A DNA stretch of 64,000 bases from Priapulus caudatus (Eukaryota): positions 121,880-185,879 of the forward strand of contig NW_014577081.1 of NCBI RefSeq assembly GCF_000485595.1. The letters run 5' to 3'. Every line of letters begins with the position of its first letter. Position 1 is the stretch's first letter. The position numbers were made by a program, and so were the translations under genes. This document shows, in pieces, positions 1 to 12,466 of this stretch. Under the pieces are notes generated by a model. That model saw nothing but the letters and a program-made list of their open reading frames with translations. It did no database searches and was not told the origin of the DNA.

Positions 1-141
1 GTCTCTGAAAATACACCAGCAAACCGGCCCGAGTGATTCACTCGGGCATTCCTCCGCAGAAAAGGATAGGCTCGCGTTGTAACCCTATCCTCTTGGGTTT
101 GGGTTACATTATTGTATCTAGTGAGTTAGGTATCTGTTATA

Positions 142-329
142 CTGAAGGGGTCGTTGTCGTATAGGGTACTACATATATGTACCCGAGCTACATATATGTA
201 TACATAAATGTAATATAATGCTAGTCTAAGGAGTCGCCTACGCCTACTCCCGAACCCTAACCCTAACCATATCAGATAGTTACCTCGGGTACATATGTGT
301 AGTACCCTATACGACAATGACCCCTTCAG
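142..329. mobile_element. Fold-back MITE with TAACCC core
   Basis: ~45-bp inverted arms (142-186 / 284-329) enclosing the same internal module in reverse orientation (GTCGCCTACGCCTAC..CCCTAACCCTAACCATATCAGATAGTTACC). Confidence 0.7.
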
Positions 330-1008
330 CGTGAGTTGGCATTCAAAACTGAATCTGATCACAGGCCCTTGGAGACTCACGTGTCAAGAAGGGTGCTAGT
401 CTATAAGACATGGCCCAGAGTAAAAGAGCGAACCCTTCTTGACACATGAGCCTCCAAGGGCCTGTGATCTGATGCTCAGACTGTGAATGGTACGCGGGTT
501 GTACCTAGTTTTATTACGCTTCACGTTCTCTAAGTAGTCCGCTATTAAAATTATGCACGGTAGGCCTATACTCAACACTAAATAGTTTAGCTTGACTAAA
601 TGTTGATCTTTAAATCTAATCGTTTATATTGAGATACGGACAGTGCAATATCGATTATTGTTTCGTCGGCCGCTGTATTGTGATTCACCGATGTATTGGT
701 GAATCATTACACTCCTACCTAAAATCGGAGGGTTTCTTTGCATAGGTAAACATTCCATAATCAGTGGAATATCTACTATGATTTGAGTGCTATGATTATC
801 CAATTTTAATTTGCTTACATCCTATTACATCCTAATACATGTTTATTAGTGTGAAAATTTTCAGGTACACAAATCCTAAACATTGACGTTACATGTGATA
901 TTTTGTGTCCCTAATATTTTTACTTTAAGGGCCCAGTTGGCTACTTCTTTTTGGGCAAGTTTGTATTGCCGCTATTTGTATTGTTGCATTTTGTATAGGT
1001 ATGTGTGA

Positions 1009-1125
1009 GGCACTAGAAGTATAGTACATTGCACCATTTCGGGGCTTGATGCAGTAAACCCAGGGCACTAGAAGTATAGTACATTGCACCATTTCGGGGC
1101 TTGATGCAGTAAACCTAGGGCACTA
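1009..1125. repeat. 54-bp tandem duplication
   Basis: GGCACTAGAAGTATAGTACATTGCACCATTTCGGGGCTTGATGCAGTAAACC(C/T)AG occurs twice, plus a partial third unit. Confidence 0.85.
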
Positions 1126-1520
1126 TAGTAGTAGAGCTACATGAACATATGACATATTATAATTTTATACATCTGTTCATGGTACTACATTAACTACCCA
1201 TACAGGGTTTCTTCTGAGGGAAAATTAGACAACAGAGGTAATGGCCAGTTTGGGGGAAAAACACGCATAATGGATTCAAAGGCGTGTCTGTGCATCTCGA
1301 GGACCTAGCAAAGCGAGCAGCGCAGGAACTCGACCAGCTAGGGGGGCCCGGGGGCAGGTAAAATTTTAATACAGGAACATTTTCACAACGGCGGTGCGCC
1401 ACTGTGCCTCTTATGTAGAAGATACCCTGCCATATAGATATGGGGATTCACCCGTAGACAGATTTGCATGGTAAACTCCAGCTCGGTTGTATCTTATCAC
1501 TGTTGGTTATGTACTTACAG

Positions 1521-4500
1521 CTGTCAAGCAGATCTCATCTTGGAGCATTAGAGAAGAAAAAAGATTACAAACTTCGTGCAAAGTAAGGGAAATTTCCATA
1601 TCATCATTAGAACTGATTGATCATATTGAACTTGGCAAAAGCTGGCATGTTTAATTAGTATTTTCGTTTCTGACCTAGTGCATATGGGATATTAGCTTTG
1701 AATGAACATATACCATTTACTTTCATGTTAGGCCTTATTTTATAGTCTCTTCCATAGCACAGAAAACATTATTCAGTGTATAAGCTAAAATATGTATCCA
1801 CATCTGTATGTGTTACTGTAAAACATGGTTTTTTGACTAATTTTATTTGTTTTTTAGCGATTTTCAAAAAAAGCAAAAGTTCCTAAAAGGTCTGAAGCAG
1901 AAAGCTCTAGAAAGAAACCCAGATGAGTTCTACTTCAAAATGGTCAACAGCAAACTTAAGGTGTTTAGATTTATATAATTTCACTTCAAGAAAATGTGAT
2001 GTAGAAATGTGATTGTACTCTGTTTTTAGCTCACCTTGACATCGTCAAGATGAGCTATTGCCATGGGTCATCATCCATCGTACGTACGCTCGTCCGTCCG
2101 TCCGTCAACATTTGGCTACGGTCAACGATAACTCAGGAATTGTTTGACCCACATGTTTGAAATTGGGTCCTATTTTGGAGCACGCCAGTCGACGTACTTT
2201 TGAGCCAAGGCCATTTTTTTGGCAAAAATTGGAATTGCCATTAGTCAGTTCAGGTTCAACGGATTTTGCTCATTTTTGGTATGTGAATGAATAAGGGCTA
2301 GGGGTTTTGATATTTAAAAAAATTATGCAAATTAGGTAGGTTTTGGCAATTATATTGCATATTATATGGACACAACAGTCTGTGGTGTCACACTCATCTG
2401 GTTTGTTTTACAAGATTTCATTGACAATATCTTTAATACAAAATTGGTATTTCCTCTCCACCCTGCCGATAAAACGTCTATATTAGAGTAAAGTTTTACA
2501 AAACATGTCGGAACGCAGCATAACTTATTTATTTCGAATGCCATCGCTAAGAAACATCAAAGCGGGTATAGCGCCATCTACCGTCACAAATTATGATTCA
2601 TTTTGGTTTATAAATTATTATTGCGATATACAGATGGCAACCGTGTGCTACCGCCTAGAAAAACTCATACGAAGTAAACACTTCCATGCAACCAATTAAC
2701 CTTTGACAAAAGTGGTGTTATGGACAGGGAAACACCATTGTCACGTGGTATATAGCAGCTACGTGGAATAAGCGTATCCTCTCAATCTTACACGTTACAC
2801 ATCGGGAGCTCCGCTTTTAGGCAACTGCCTAAATCTGAAAACGTTAAATGGCGATCATTTAGGTGTAACGCCAATCACTCGCCCACATCTCAGACTTTCA
2901 CATCTCAAACATTTATTTTCACATAAAAAATTACTCATAATTATCAAGAGTATATAATGGGAGTATATAGTTGGTATACTCTTCGTTTCTATAATGTACG
3001 TCGATGGTTGCTCAATTACAACCGACTTCTTCTCACTCACTCATTTGTGTCCCTTTTTGTGGTGAGCTACAGTGTCATTGACACTTTCATTTAAACTTAG
3101 CCCTGTCCATTGATAACTACATATTATGTATTTACTGAAGTATATATATATACAAAGTCAACCATCTCGTTATGGCATTTTGATTGTGTACTAGTTGGTT
3201 TCGGCATAGCACAGCAGGAACTGTGCAATGCACATTGATTTAACTGCTGATAAATCATAATACCTATTGGTTAACTTTGCTAGTGTATACTGGTAACTTC
3301 TAGTAATTCTTTAGTATGTACTGCTTCTCTTGCACAGTTTAGGTGCTCGCCTGTGTGTTTGTTGGCAGTGACATTTTTGTTACTTATGCCGCCAGGATGG
3401 TGCTCACATTGAGGAGGAGAAGAAAGATGATCTACCACTTACACAGAAGAAACTCATGCAAACACAAGATCTCAATTATATCAACTGCAAGCGCAATTCT
3501 GAAATAAAGGTAGCTCTGCTCCGTAACCTATTTTCTGTCAATGGTGGTCCTTAATACGAGATCACATAGTACTACGTTTTGTTTAATCAAGATATTTAGG
3601 CTAATTTGTCTATCATTTATTTTACACAATACCTGTAGAATATCCCTGCTACATTAATTTTATAATTATTTGGCAACTTCTTGGATCGATGAGATTTTCT
3701 TTAATTGATTAAGGTTGTTGTAGTTGTAGTTGGTCAGTCGGTAGTCTCACAAATGCTAGCAATGATCACATATTATGTTGTTTTTTATTAATGGTCATGA
3801 ATTATTATGTAGCAGTCCTAGTTTCTTCAGCATCGTTCACTAAACATTTGAATAAGATATGCAGCCAGTGTTTTAATCATTTTTTGTGCATAACTCCACA
3901 AGGGTATCTATTATCTTGCAGAAAATAGAGAAATTGAAGTCTGGGCTTCATTTACTAGATGTCGATGGAAAACCGCAAAACAAGCATACATTTTTTGTTG
4001 ACACGCGGATGCAAGGTGCTCATATATATTTAGTGTTTCTTGGCAGATTGTATCAAATAAAATATTACAGCTTAAGTATTTTACGCACCGATTAAATGCA
4101 TGCTGTATGTGTTTTAACTTCAAAAATATAAACAGGAAACATATTACAAACCTATAGTGTGGTCACTGTGGTGTATACAGCAATGGTCAGTTAGTTTATT
4201 TTTTTGTTTTTAATGTAATTAGTATGAATAAGTGTTTTCATTGGGGGTCACAATTATGTCATTTACATTTTCCATGTAGGCGATTGTTTGGTCACTTTTT
4301 CAGCAAAATCATTTGACGTGGCAGAGCACATGGATACAGCCCCAGAGTTTCTCGCTAGAAGTTACAACATTCCTCGCTTGAACGACCTGAGCAGAAAACC
4401 TATTATTGGGCCATCAAGCGACGAGTCCCTTGCAGTAAGTTAGCTGGCAAACCTAGCTTTGTTTACACGAATTATCTTCTATTTCGTGGTTTCTACGGAT

Positions 4501-4837
4501 TAAATAGAATTTGTGGAAAATACGTATTAAATCTAATTTGTTGATTACGTAATTCGTAGAAAATGCCGTGGTCCCGTCTGATGCGAATTAAGGAAGGTTG
4601 ACAGTAAAGAGAAGCTGTATACAGATAACCTATATCTTCTAGGCCATTACAAAAGAGAGAAAAAAGAACTACAAGGAGCTAATTAAGCGGATCGAGAGAG
4701 AAAGGGAACTCTCTGTCATCACCCAGAAGATGGAGATGAAAAAAAAACTCATGGGAAAGGAGAAGTCAAAAAAGGTCACAGACGAAACGAAATCAGCACC
4801 TGCAATATACAAGTGGTTTGCAGAAAGAAAACGTTAA
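1521..4837 (+). CDS. UTP11: U3 snoRNA-associated protein 11 (SSU processome), 5'-partial, 6 coding exons visible
   Basis: Phase-consistent AG/GT exons 1521-1582, 1858-1960, 3396-3509, 3922-4015, 4304-4434, 4643-4837 (TAA). The translation contains HLGALEKKKDYKLRA, KALERNPDEFYFKM, LMQTQDLNYI, KIEKLKSGLHLLD..NKHTFFVD, RIERERELSVITQK and PAIYKWFAERKR, matching the Utp11 family. The first coding exon was not found in the window. Confidence 0.95.
2023..3085 (+). mobile_element. Helentron-associated non-autonomous element (HINE/DINE-like) in a UTP11 intron
   Basis: T-run plus subterminal IR AGCTCACC (2028) / GGTGAGCT (3061), a 5' partial fold-back GATGAGCTA, (TCCG)n microsatellite near 2095, and a 3' hairpin AGTGTCA-T-TGACACT followed by T residues. 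Confidence 0.7.
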
Positions 4838-5758
4838 CATATTGGATCCTACAAGTGACAATAGAAATTATTGCTTTCATATTTTGTACATTAGTCAAAT
4901 TATCAATAGATAGTTGGAAAGTATTTACATCTGTATCATGATATCATCATCATTGCTACTAGCACAGTGTGTCTTTCCGGTCGGTCGGCTGCTTCTCGGT
5001 TGAGAATGGTCCTGGCGTTCCATTGGGCAATTGTCAATTGTTGAGTTCTTCTTCCTAGCTTATTTTTCACTGTCAATGGGAGATGGGGTCAAGCAGTGCT
5101 GTCGATCGTCAAATCGATGTGTGTGCAATCGTATGCAATACTTAATACAGACATCTTTGCATTGATAGATTGGAAGAATGAGGTATATTTGTATTGGAGT
5201 AATACAATACACCCATTTCATACTAGGAATTTATTGATGATGGATAGTCAGTAATTGTTATTAAATTTTTTTAGTAAACTTGTATATAATTTTTTTATTA
5301 TTATACTTTAGTTTGTTAATTGTTCTTGATAATTTTCTACATGAATTGAATTCAACTCTATTAATTATCAAAACAAGGTTAATGATAATTATAGCATACC
5401 CTAATTAAAACACATTTGACTAAATTACTAATGTGGTTGATCACATAGTCATATGTAAATAAATTGCATATGCTCGTTTGCAAATAATGTTAAAATTTCA
5501 AATATCCAGATTTAGTCAAGGGATCGTAGTTGTCATTAATAATGGTTCCTATTCACGTAAATCGTGGTATCTACATACATTATGTAAATCATTGGCAACA
5601 AGCATCAACCATTATTTTGTCTTAGAAACAATAATTAAATGAAGATTTTCCACTTTAAATATTTGACAATCACATAGAGCAATAATTTTATCAAAATTAT
5701 TCTATATACTTGGGCACGCTCATGTATTTTGCACACACTGCTGCTCACTACTGATCAG

Positions 5759-6532
5759 CTACAGTCTCGATTGCATGCCACCAGCAATGACAATTGTCTC
5801 ACCAGTAACATACGAGGCATCGTCTGACACCAGGTACGATACGGTACCAGCTACCTCTACCGGCTCCCCAAACCGCTTTACAGGCACCTGCTTCAGCACC
5901 TCCTCTGCAATGGAAGTTGAAGTGTGAAGAGGAGCACTGAACTTTGTCCTAATTACACCCGGCGCAACTCCATTTACACGGATTCCCATTTCTGCGCATT
6001 GTGGCGCCATCGCTTTGACCAACCCTAGAAGAGCAGTTTTGCTAACCGAGTAACATCCTAAGAGCTCAAAAGGTTGATATCCACCAATAGAGGTCACGAA
6101 TACGATATTTCCATTGCCCTTTTTTTGCATATGAGGCGCCACTTCCTTAGCGAGAAAGAAAGCACTTTTAACATTAGTGTCAAAGATTTTCGTCCACTGC
6201 TCTTCAGTTGTATCAAAGATATTACCCATAGCTGGATTTGCAGCTGCATTAGAAATGAGGATGTCAATGGAGCCATTTCTCTCGAGCGTCTTTGTAACAA
6301 GAGTTTTTCTGTCTTCCGCATTGCCCACATGGCAGACCATTCCAGTGACATCTAATCCTTCATCCTGTAACTGCTTTTGAGCTTTATCAACGTTTCCTTG
6401 CTTCCTACTGCTGATGACAACTCGGGCTCCATCCTTGGCAAGTCTTCTCGATATGGCCAAGCCGATACCCTGCGTTGATGCAGTAACTATCGCTACTTTC
6501 CCTGCTAGCGGCAATGCGAGCGAGGTAGCCAT
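5759..6532 (-). CDS. DHRS4: Dehydrogenase/reductase SDR family member 4 (peroxisomal carbonyl reductase), single coding exon, 257 aa
   Basis: Uninterrupted ORF with the Rossmann motif VTASTQGIG, ILISNAAANP, catalytic YSVSK (YxxxK) and C-terminal QSRL (PTS1). A polypyrimidine/AG acceptor at 6564-6575 suggests a 5'-UTR intron. Confidence 0.93.
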   Translation of the reverse strand: MATSLALPLAGKVAIVTASTQGIGLAISRRLAKDGARVVISSRKQGNVDKAQKQLQDEGLDVTGMVCHVGNAEDRKTLVTKTLERNGSIDILISNAAANPAMGNIFDTTEEQWTKIFDTNVKSAFFLAKEVAPHMQKKGNGNIVFVTSIGGYQPFELLGCYSVSKTALLGLVKAMAPQCAEMGIRVNGVAPGVIRTKFSAPLHTSTSIAEEVLKQVPVKRFGEPVEVAGTVSYLVSDDASYVTGETIVIAGGMQSRL

Positions 6533-7421
6533 AATGCCAATGTCCCTGCTGATTGATGTTCACCTAAAAACAAAGTCGAAATGTCCGTATACTTATATAC
6601 AGGGGCACAGTCAATACTAGCTCTACTGGTGTAGGCCCGTCGATCAGAAGGGGCTATGCTAGACGAGCTAATTAAGTCAATACGTGCGGTTGCAGTGCTC
6701 ACAGAAGTGCAGGTATATTATTGAGGCCGTGGATATTCTTCCGAACATCGGAAACATGTCTGGCAGAACTCACTATCTAGCGTTTACATTTTTTAAGAAA
6801 CAAACAAACACGTAGTGTATTTTCCGAAGACGATGGTCTACACATTCCTAAAATGTCTATATGTTGCGAGCAATCCTCCGATCTTAAGATTGCGCTGCGC
6901 AATATACCGATCGCAAAAAACTGCGCCAATCTCGAGATTGCGCTGCACATTTTTACAGCTTCTCAATAACGAAGTAATCAATACGCTCATGCAACTTTTC
7001 CATTTTTACTCTTAGAAGAAAGCAGTGTTTCCCCTGCATTGACACGAGCGAGGCGGGCCACCTCGCTCAAATTCTCAGACGCCTAACATAAATTTGTCCA
7101 AAACACCGCCCTGCTGACGATAATCACTGTTCTTCCATCAATAAACTACAGAATAGCTTAGAATGCACCAAATTGCACCATTTTTTGAAAAATGAAAACC
7201 CTGCGGTGCTCGCTTTGCTAGGACATCGAAACGTGCACACACCAAAAAAAAATTACCACCTCACAGACCTTTTTGGCCAGGGGAACTTTCTTGCTAGAAA
7301 TTAGTTGACAACACCCTCAAGAAGACCTCTGTAAATTTTTAAGACTGTACCCCCACATTAACCAAACTCACGACATGGGGGTGTAAACGCTACTCTGACC
7401 AAGAGTAGATACAATAATGTA

Positions 7422-7592
7422 GCTCGTAGGGTCTATGGCCCCCTGACCTCTGTTTGACCTGGCTCGTTTAGCTATTCTGACTAACCCTAACCCTAACCCT
7501 ATATATATTATATATTATATATATATATTAGTCAGAAATAGCTAAACGAGCCAGGTCAAACAGAGGTCAGGGGGGGCATAGACCTTATCTGC
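7422..7592. mobile_element. Mutator-like MITE with (TAACCC)n/(TA)n core
   Basis: ~60-bp inverted arms and a perfect 9-bp TSD AATAATGTA (7413-7421, 7593-7601). Confidence 0.85.
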
Positions 7593-7609
7593 AATAATGT
7601 AACCCAACA

Positions 7610-8090
7610 AGAGTTCGTGGCCCAGTGGTTAGGCCACGTATACTGTCCACTGATGCTCATAGGGTCTATGCTCCCCAGTGTACTGCCGGAACGTACCCGG
7701 GGTATGGTCCGGTATACCGGAACGTACCCTGGTAACTATTTGATATGGTTAGGGTTAGAGTTAGGGTTAGGGCGTAGGCGTAGGCGACTCCCTAGACTCG
7801 TTAGTGGAGTAGGCGAGGTACGGACCGGCATATTAGATAGTACCAGGGTACGTTCCGGCAGTACCCTGGTGGACATCGCCCCTCTCAGCTCCACTGAAGG
7901 CTGTGAGTTCAAACCCCGGCCGGGGCAGTGAATTTTCTCAAGGTGTAAAAACCTGGCTCTCAACATTGGAGACTGTGAATCTCCCGTGGCTCGGATGACC
8001 ACGTAAAATGGCGGTCCCGTCTCCAGTAATACTAATTAGGCCAATGGGGATGTAAAAGAACCACCGAGGGCGCAAAAAAAACTGGCTGAA
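7610..8090 (+). mobile_element. tRNA-derived SINE (Meta/Deu-like core) interrupted by a MITE
   Basis: A-box GTGGCCCAGTGGTTAGG (7617-7633) and B-box GAGTTCAAACC (~7905-7915), then TCGGATGACCACGTAAAATGGCGGTCCCGTC...GATGTAAAAGAACC, resembling conserved SINE central domains. The 3' end is approximate. Confidence 0.65.
7655..7889. mobile_element. Mutator-like MITE with TTAGGG core, inserted in the SINE head
   Basis: Arms GCTCATAGGGTC..GTACTGCCGGAACGTACCC / GGGTACGTTCCGGCAGTAC..CTCAGC; flanks TCCACTGAT / TCCACTGAA (8 of 9 match). Confidence 0.8.
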
Positions 8091-8183
8091 ACCATGCCCC
8101 CTCAGTGCCATTCGGCTAAAAGGCTAACCACAGACTAATGGATACATTTAGTCCGGATGTATACGGATGTATCTGTGCGTCTG

Positions 8184-8650
8184 GCTCATAGGGTCTATGT
8201 CCCCCAGGGTACTGCCGGAACGTACCCTGGTAACTATCTGGCTGATATGGTTAGGGTTAGGGTAGGGTTAGGGTTAGGGTTAGCCACAAGTTCCCTTCTC
8301 GCTTAACACTACGTTGGCGAGAGTCCTACGACGTGTAAGTCGGAGAGCCTGGTCGGTTTAGGTTAGGGGTAGAATTATGGTTAAGGAGTAGGCGTAGGCG
8401 ACTCCCCAGACTCGTTAGTGGAGTAGGCAAGGTACGGTCCGGCATATTAGATAGTAGTATTCCAGGGTACGTTCCAGAAACGTATCCAGGGAACGTATCC
8501 AGAACGTATCCAGGGTACGAATCCAGGGTACCCAGGGAACCAGGGTATCCGGTACCAGAACCCGGATCCGGGGTACCAGGGTATCCAGGGAGGGGGAACG
8601 TATCCAGGGTACGTTCCGGCAGTACCCTGGGGGACATAGACCCTATCAGC
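8184..8650. mobile_element. Mutator-like MITE (same family) with TTAGGG core and internally amplified CGTATCCAGG-type repeats
   Basis: Same arms as 7655-7889. Flanks GTGCGTCTG / GTTAGTCTG (7 of 9 match) once the 32-bp hairpin insertion at its right end is removed. Confidence 0.75.
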
Positions 8651-8655
8651 GTTAG

Positions 8656-8687
8656 CACAGGCACTTGAAACGCTTCAAGTGCCTGTG
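8656..8687. mobile_element. 32-bp minimal TIR-only element (hAT-like)
   Basis: CACAGGCACTTGAA-ACGC-TTCAAGTGCCTGTG (perfect 14-bp IR) flanked by a perfect 8-bp direct repeat AGCGTTAG (8648-8655, 8688-8695). Confidence 0.7.
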
Positions 8688-8940
8688 AGCGTTAGTCTGT
8701 GGGCTAACTACCTGGCTAATTACCCAAGCTAGGTCACACCCCATGGCTAGCTATAGCCCTGGACGTTTATTCCTTACAGACTGTCCAGTATACAAGTAGA
8801 GAAGTAGAAGTAGAAGAGTAGTTGTACAAAACAAATCTAAAATGAAAATGTGATGATACCTTCTAAAGACTATAGTACAAACGTGGATTTAACACCTTTT
8901 GGAAATCAACTACGTCTTCAATAATGTAGCAGCGACTTTG

Positions 8941-9256
8941 ATCAAATATGACATTCTCGCGCCATCTATCGGTAGAAATAATTTATATGCGCACTTGGCG
9001 CACATGACCCGACGCCATTATTGAAATACATACATCGAAGTGTAGGATGGGAATTTCACGTCCAAACCTTTACCAATCTTATGCAGTAAATGTTGTTCTG
9101 TATAGGTACTGTAATTATATTAATTCCACTCTACGTTAAATACGTTTTAGAGTATTATAATACCTTTAATAATGCATTTTACGGTTACACACAACATACA
9201 ATGTGCGCATATGAATTATTTCTACCGATAGATGGCGCGAGGATGTCATATTTGAT
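8941..9256. mobile_element. Inverted-repeat element (MITE-like), family unassigned
   Basis: ~53-bp arms ATCAAATATGACATTCTCGCGCCATCTATCGGTAGAAATAATT..GCGCAC, with the reverse complement at 9203-9256. Confidence 0.55.
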
Positions 9257-11317
9257 GTGACAATGATATCCCCTCTGCGCGCGAACTGCGCGTGTATGCA
9301 CACCAGTAGTCGGTTCACGAGTTGACGGTGTTTGCCATGAGTCTACTACGTTCGCTCTGTGCCCTAAGAACATATCACTACTGGAAGTAGTTTATTTTTT
9401 GCTGGTTACGTGCCTGCTTTAGACTATTCCGTCCACTGCGTAGCTAAGGGGGGGCACAAGGGCCCATGACGCCAACCCACGCTGTTGATTGCAAACAAAA
9501 CCAAAACAAAATTGTTCCGTTGGCGCTCTCACCAATCAAACTACACACACATGGCCGACAAATGTCCTGTTACTCTGCATCGCTGCGTGAGACGCAACAT
9601 TGCCTCTAAGAAGTGAGGCATTGTCAGAGGTCTAAGGACTTCGTTTAGGTCAGATCGACCCAGCGCGGACCGGATTTTCTGCTCGTCATTCCCTTTTCGT
9701 ATGAGACATGTGAGTTCAGTGGAAGTGATCATTAGATGTGGTCAACGAAGATCCTGCAAAAGTGTTCGCGTGGTGGGCAAAATCGGACAGAGAAGACTTG
9801 ACTTTTGGATTTGAGATTTCTGCAGCAGACATAAACCATGACTAAAATAAAGGAGTAGTAATTCCTTCTGTTGCTCCATATTTGTGTGTGTCATAGTGGC
9901 TTTGATTGAATTTTATGGTTCTGAACTCTTATTGACAGAAGAAAAGAAATTGGAAATGCTTTGTTGAATAACTTTGATATATTCGAACTTATAGACGGCC
10001 ATTTTGGCATCCACCTCGGTTTTTATTGTCAAATCCGAATTTCAACACATATTCTTAAGTAACTGTTTCCTCATATCAGGGGAGCAAAAAACAATTCTTT
10101 TCATGGTAAATTTCCCTTTTATTTAATAGAGCGCGTATTTTGGCAAGCTACCTTTTGTTTTATTGAAATCAAAGTTTTCAATATGGTTTTTAGTTCTTCA
10201 TCAGAGGAAAGCAAAAACATTTTTTATAAACGAACACAAATGTAAACTGTGATCTTTAACGCTATCGTATTCTAACATGTAAATCTTTGTAATTTAAATA
10301 AAGTGCTATGTTTTATTCAGGTGCGTTCACACACATCTAAGGCCACCTGTTTCCGTAGAGTCTTTATTCTTCCGATTTCATTCATTTTATTTTTCCTCTA
10401 CTTTTCACAAAAATAATTTAACTTTTTAACTTTAATATGAGGAACTTGAAGACAGTTTATGTACGGATAAAATGCACACATTGCATGGTACTGGCTAACA
10501 ACACAAATCAACTAATTGCCAATAATTCCGTCAGTGCTTGAATGAGGAACATAGGCGTAGCTAAGGGGGGGGCAGCAAGGAGGCAATGACCCCTCTTGAT
10601 CGGAGAGTAACTAAAAAATAAGGAGAGAAAGGGCGCCTTAATGGATTGGTTTAGTACCACTATTACCTTTTATACCTAATAAGAAAATGAAAGTGCGCAA
10701 AAATGCCATTTTGATTGCACATATTTCAAAAATACCGCTACTGTGGGAGGGAAACACCCTGCCCCGTTGAGAATGTCTTTCATCGCTTGTCTTGGTTTGC
10801 TCCCCTCCCTGAAAAACACTGGCTTCGTACTACCGATTTTCACTGGTCTGGACTTAAGGGTCCACCAAGCTGGTCGTGGTAACCTCAGAGCCTTCGGCGC
10901 CACAGCCCAGGGGCCCATCGTCCGCATCGTTGATCGATCGGAGTTGAAAACAAAAATAAAAAGCGAGGGAGGGGTTATAAGGGAAGCATAAGCCAGCTTC
11001 TCATATAAAGTTACCCCCTAATACTGAATTTAGTGTTTTTATGTTTTTAATTAATGCATTTTCATGGCACGAATTTTCAAAATCTCTCTTCTACTGGGAG
11101 GGGGGAGATACCTTCCTCCTCATTCACCTCACTTTTTCCCTCTGTTCGCTTCGTCTTCTCTCTCGCCTGGCCGTCTCTTCCCTGTTCATTGCTGGGCTAC
11201 GCCACTGCAGACATGAATGTTTGGATGACAATCTTGCGTGATGTTAACCTGCCGTTGATGGCTTGCAGTCCTTGTATATTACGCGTAACCTTAGGTGGAG
11301 TGAGAGAGATAGAGAGA

Positions 11318-11340
11318 AGAGAGAGAGTGAGACGAGAGAA

Positions 11341-11386
<46 letters not shown>

Positions 11387-11912
11387 AAGGGCCGAGAGAG
11401 CCTGAGAGAGCGAAGAGAGAGAGAGTAGAGATAGAGATATGAGAGAGAGACGAGAGAGAGAGAGAGAAGAGAGGAGAGAGAGAGAGAGAGGGAGAGGCGA
11501 GAGAAGAGAGAGAGGTGGGAAGGGAGAGAGAGAGAGAGAGATAGAGAGGAGCAAAGAGAGAGATAGGATGAGAAGAGAGGAGACGAGAGACGAAGAGAGA
11601 GAGAGAGAGAGAGCGTGTAGAGAGAGAGGTGGAGGGCGGAAGGTGAGAGAGAGAAGGAGGAGAGAGCAGAGAGAAGCGAGAGAGAGAGGTGAGGAGGGAG
11701 AGAGAGAGGGAGACGCAGAGAGATGAGAGAGATAGAGATAGAGAATAGATAGGATAGAGAGAGAGAGAGAGAGCAGAGAGAGAGAGAGAGAGAAGAGAGC
11801 GGAGAAGAGAGAGAGAGGAGCAAAGAGAGAGAGTATGAGATAGATAGAGAGAGAGAGAGAGAGAAGAGAGATAGAAGAGAGCGAGAGAGAGAGAGAGAGA
11901 GAGAGAGACGAT

Positions 11913-11943
<31 letters not shown>

Positions 11944-12203
11944 GGAGAGCGAGAGAAGAGAGAGCGGGGAGGAGAGAAGAGAGAGAGAGAGCAAGAGAGA
12001 GAGATAGAGATAAGAGAGAGAGAGAGAGAGAGAGAGAAGATGAGAGAGATGATAGAGAGAGAGAGAGGGGAGAGCGAGAGAGATGAGAGTGTGGAGAGAG
12101 AGAGAGAGAGAGAGAGAGAGGGGAGAAGAGAGAGAACGAAGCAGAGAGAAGACGAGGATGAGAGAAGAGAGCAGAGAGAGAGAGAGAAGAGATGCAGAGA
12201 GAG

Positions 12204-12241
<38 letters not shown>

Positions 12242-12466
12242 AGAGACGAGCCAGAGAGGAGAAGCAAGAGAAGAGAGAGCAAGAGACGAGAGAGAGCAGA
12301 GAGAGAGAGAAGAGAGAGAGAGAAAGAGAGAGAGACGAGGAGGAAGACGACGAGAGGCCGGAGAGAGGAGTGAGGAGAGAGAGAGAGTGAGAGACGAGAG
12401 AGACGAGACAGAGAGAGAGAGAGAGACGAGAGAGCGAGAGAGAAGAGAAAGACGAGAGAGAGAGAG
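11318..12466. repeat. (GA)n microsatellite, degenerate
   Basis: ~1.1 kb of near-pure AG dinucleotide; source of the spurious SL/RE ORFs. Confidence 0.95.

Noticed and set aside
7610..7930. Possible tRNA gene
   Set aside because: The A/B boxes are followed by a SINE-type body and interrupted by a MITE; there is no complete cloverleaf.
8455..8615. Short regularly recurring repeats suggestive of a CRISPR-like array
   Set aside because: Internal amplification of MITE arm sequence, with no unique spacers and a eukaryotic context.
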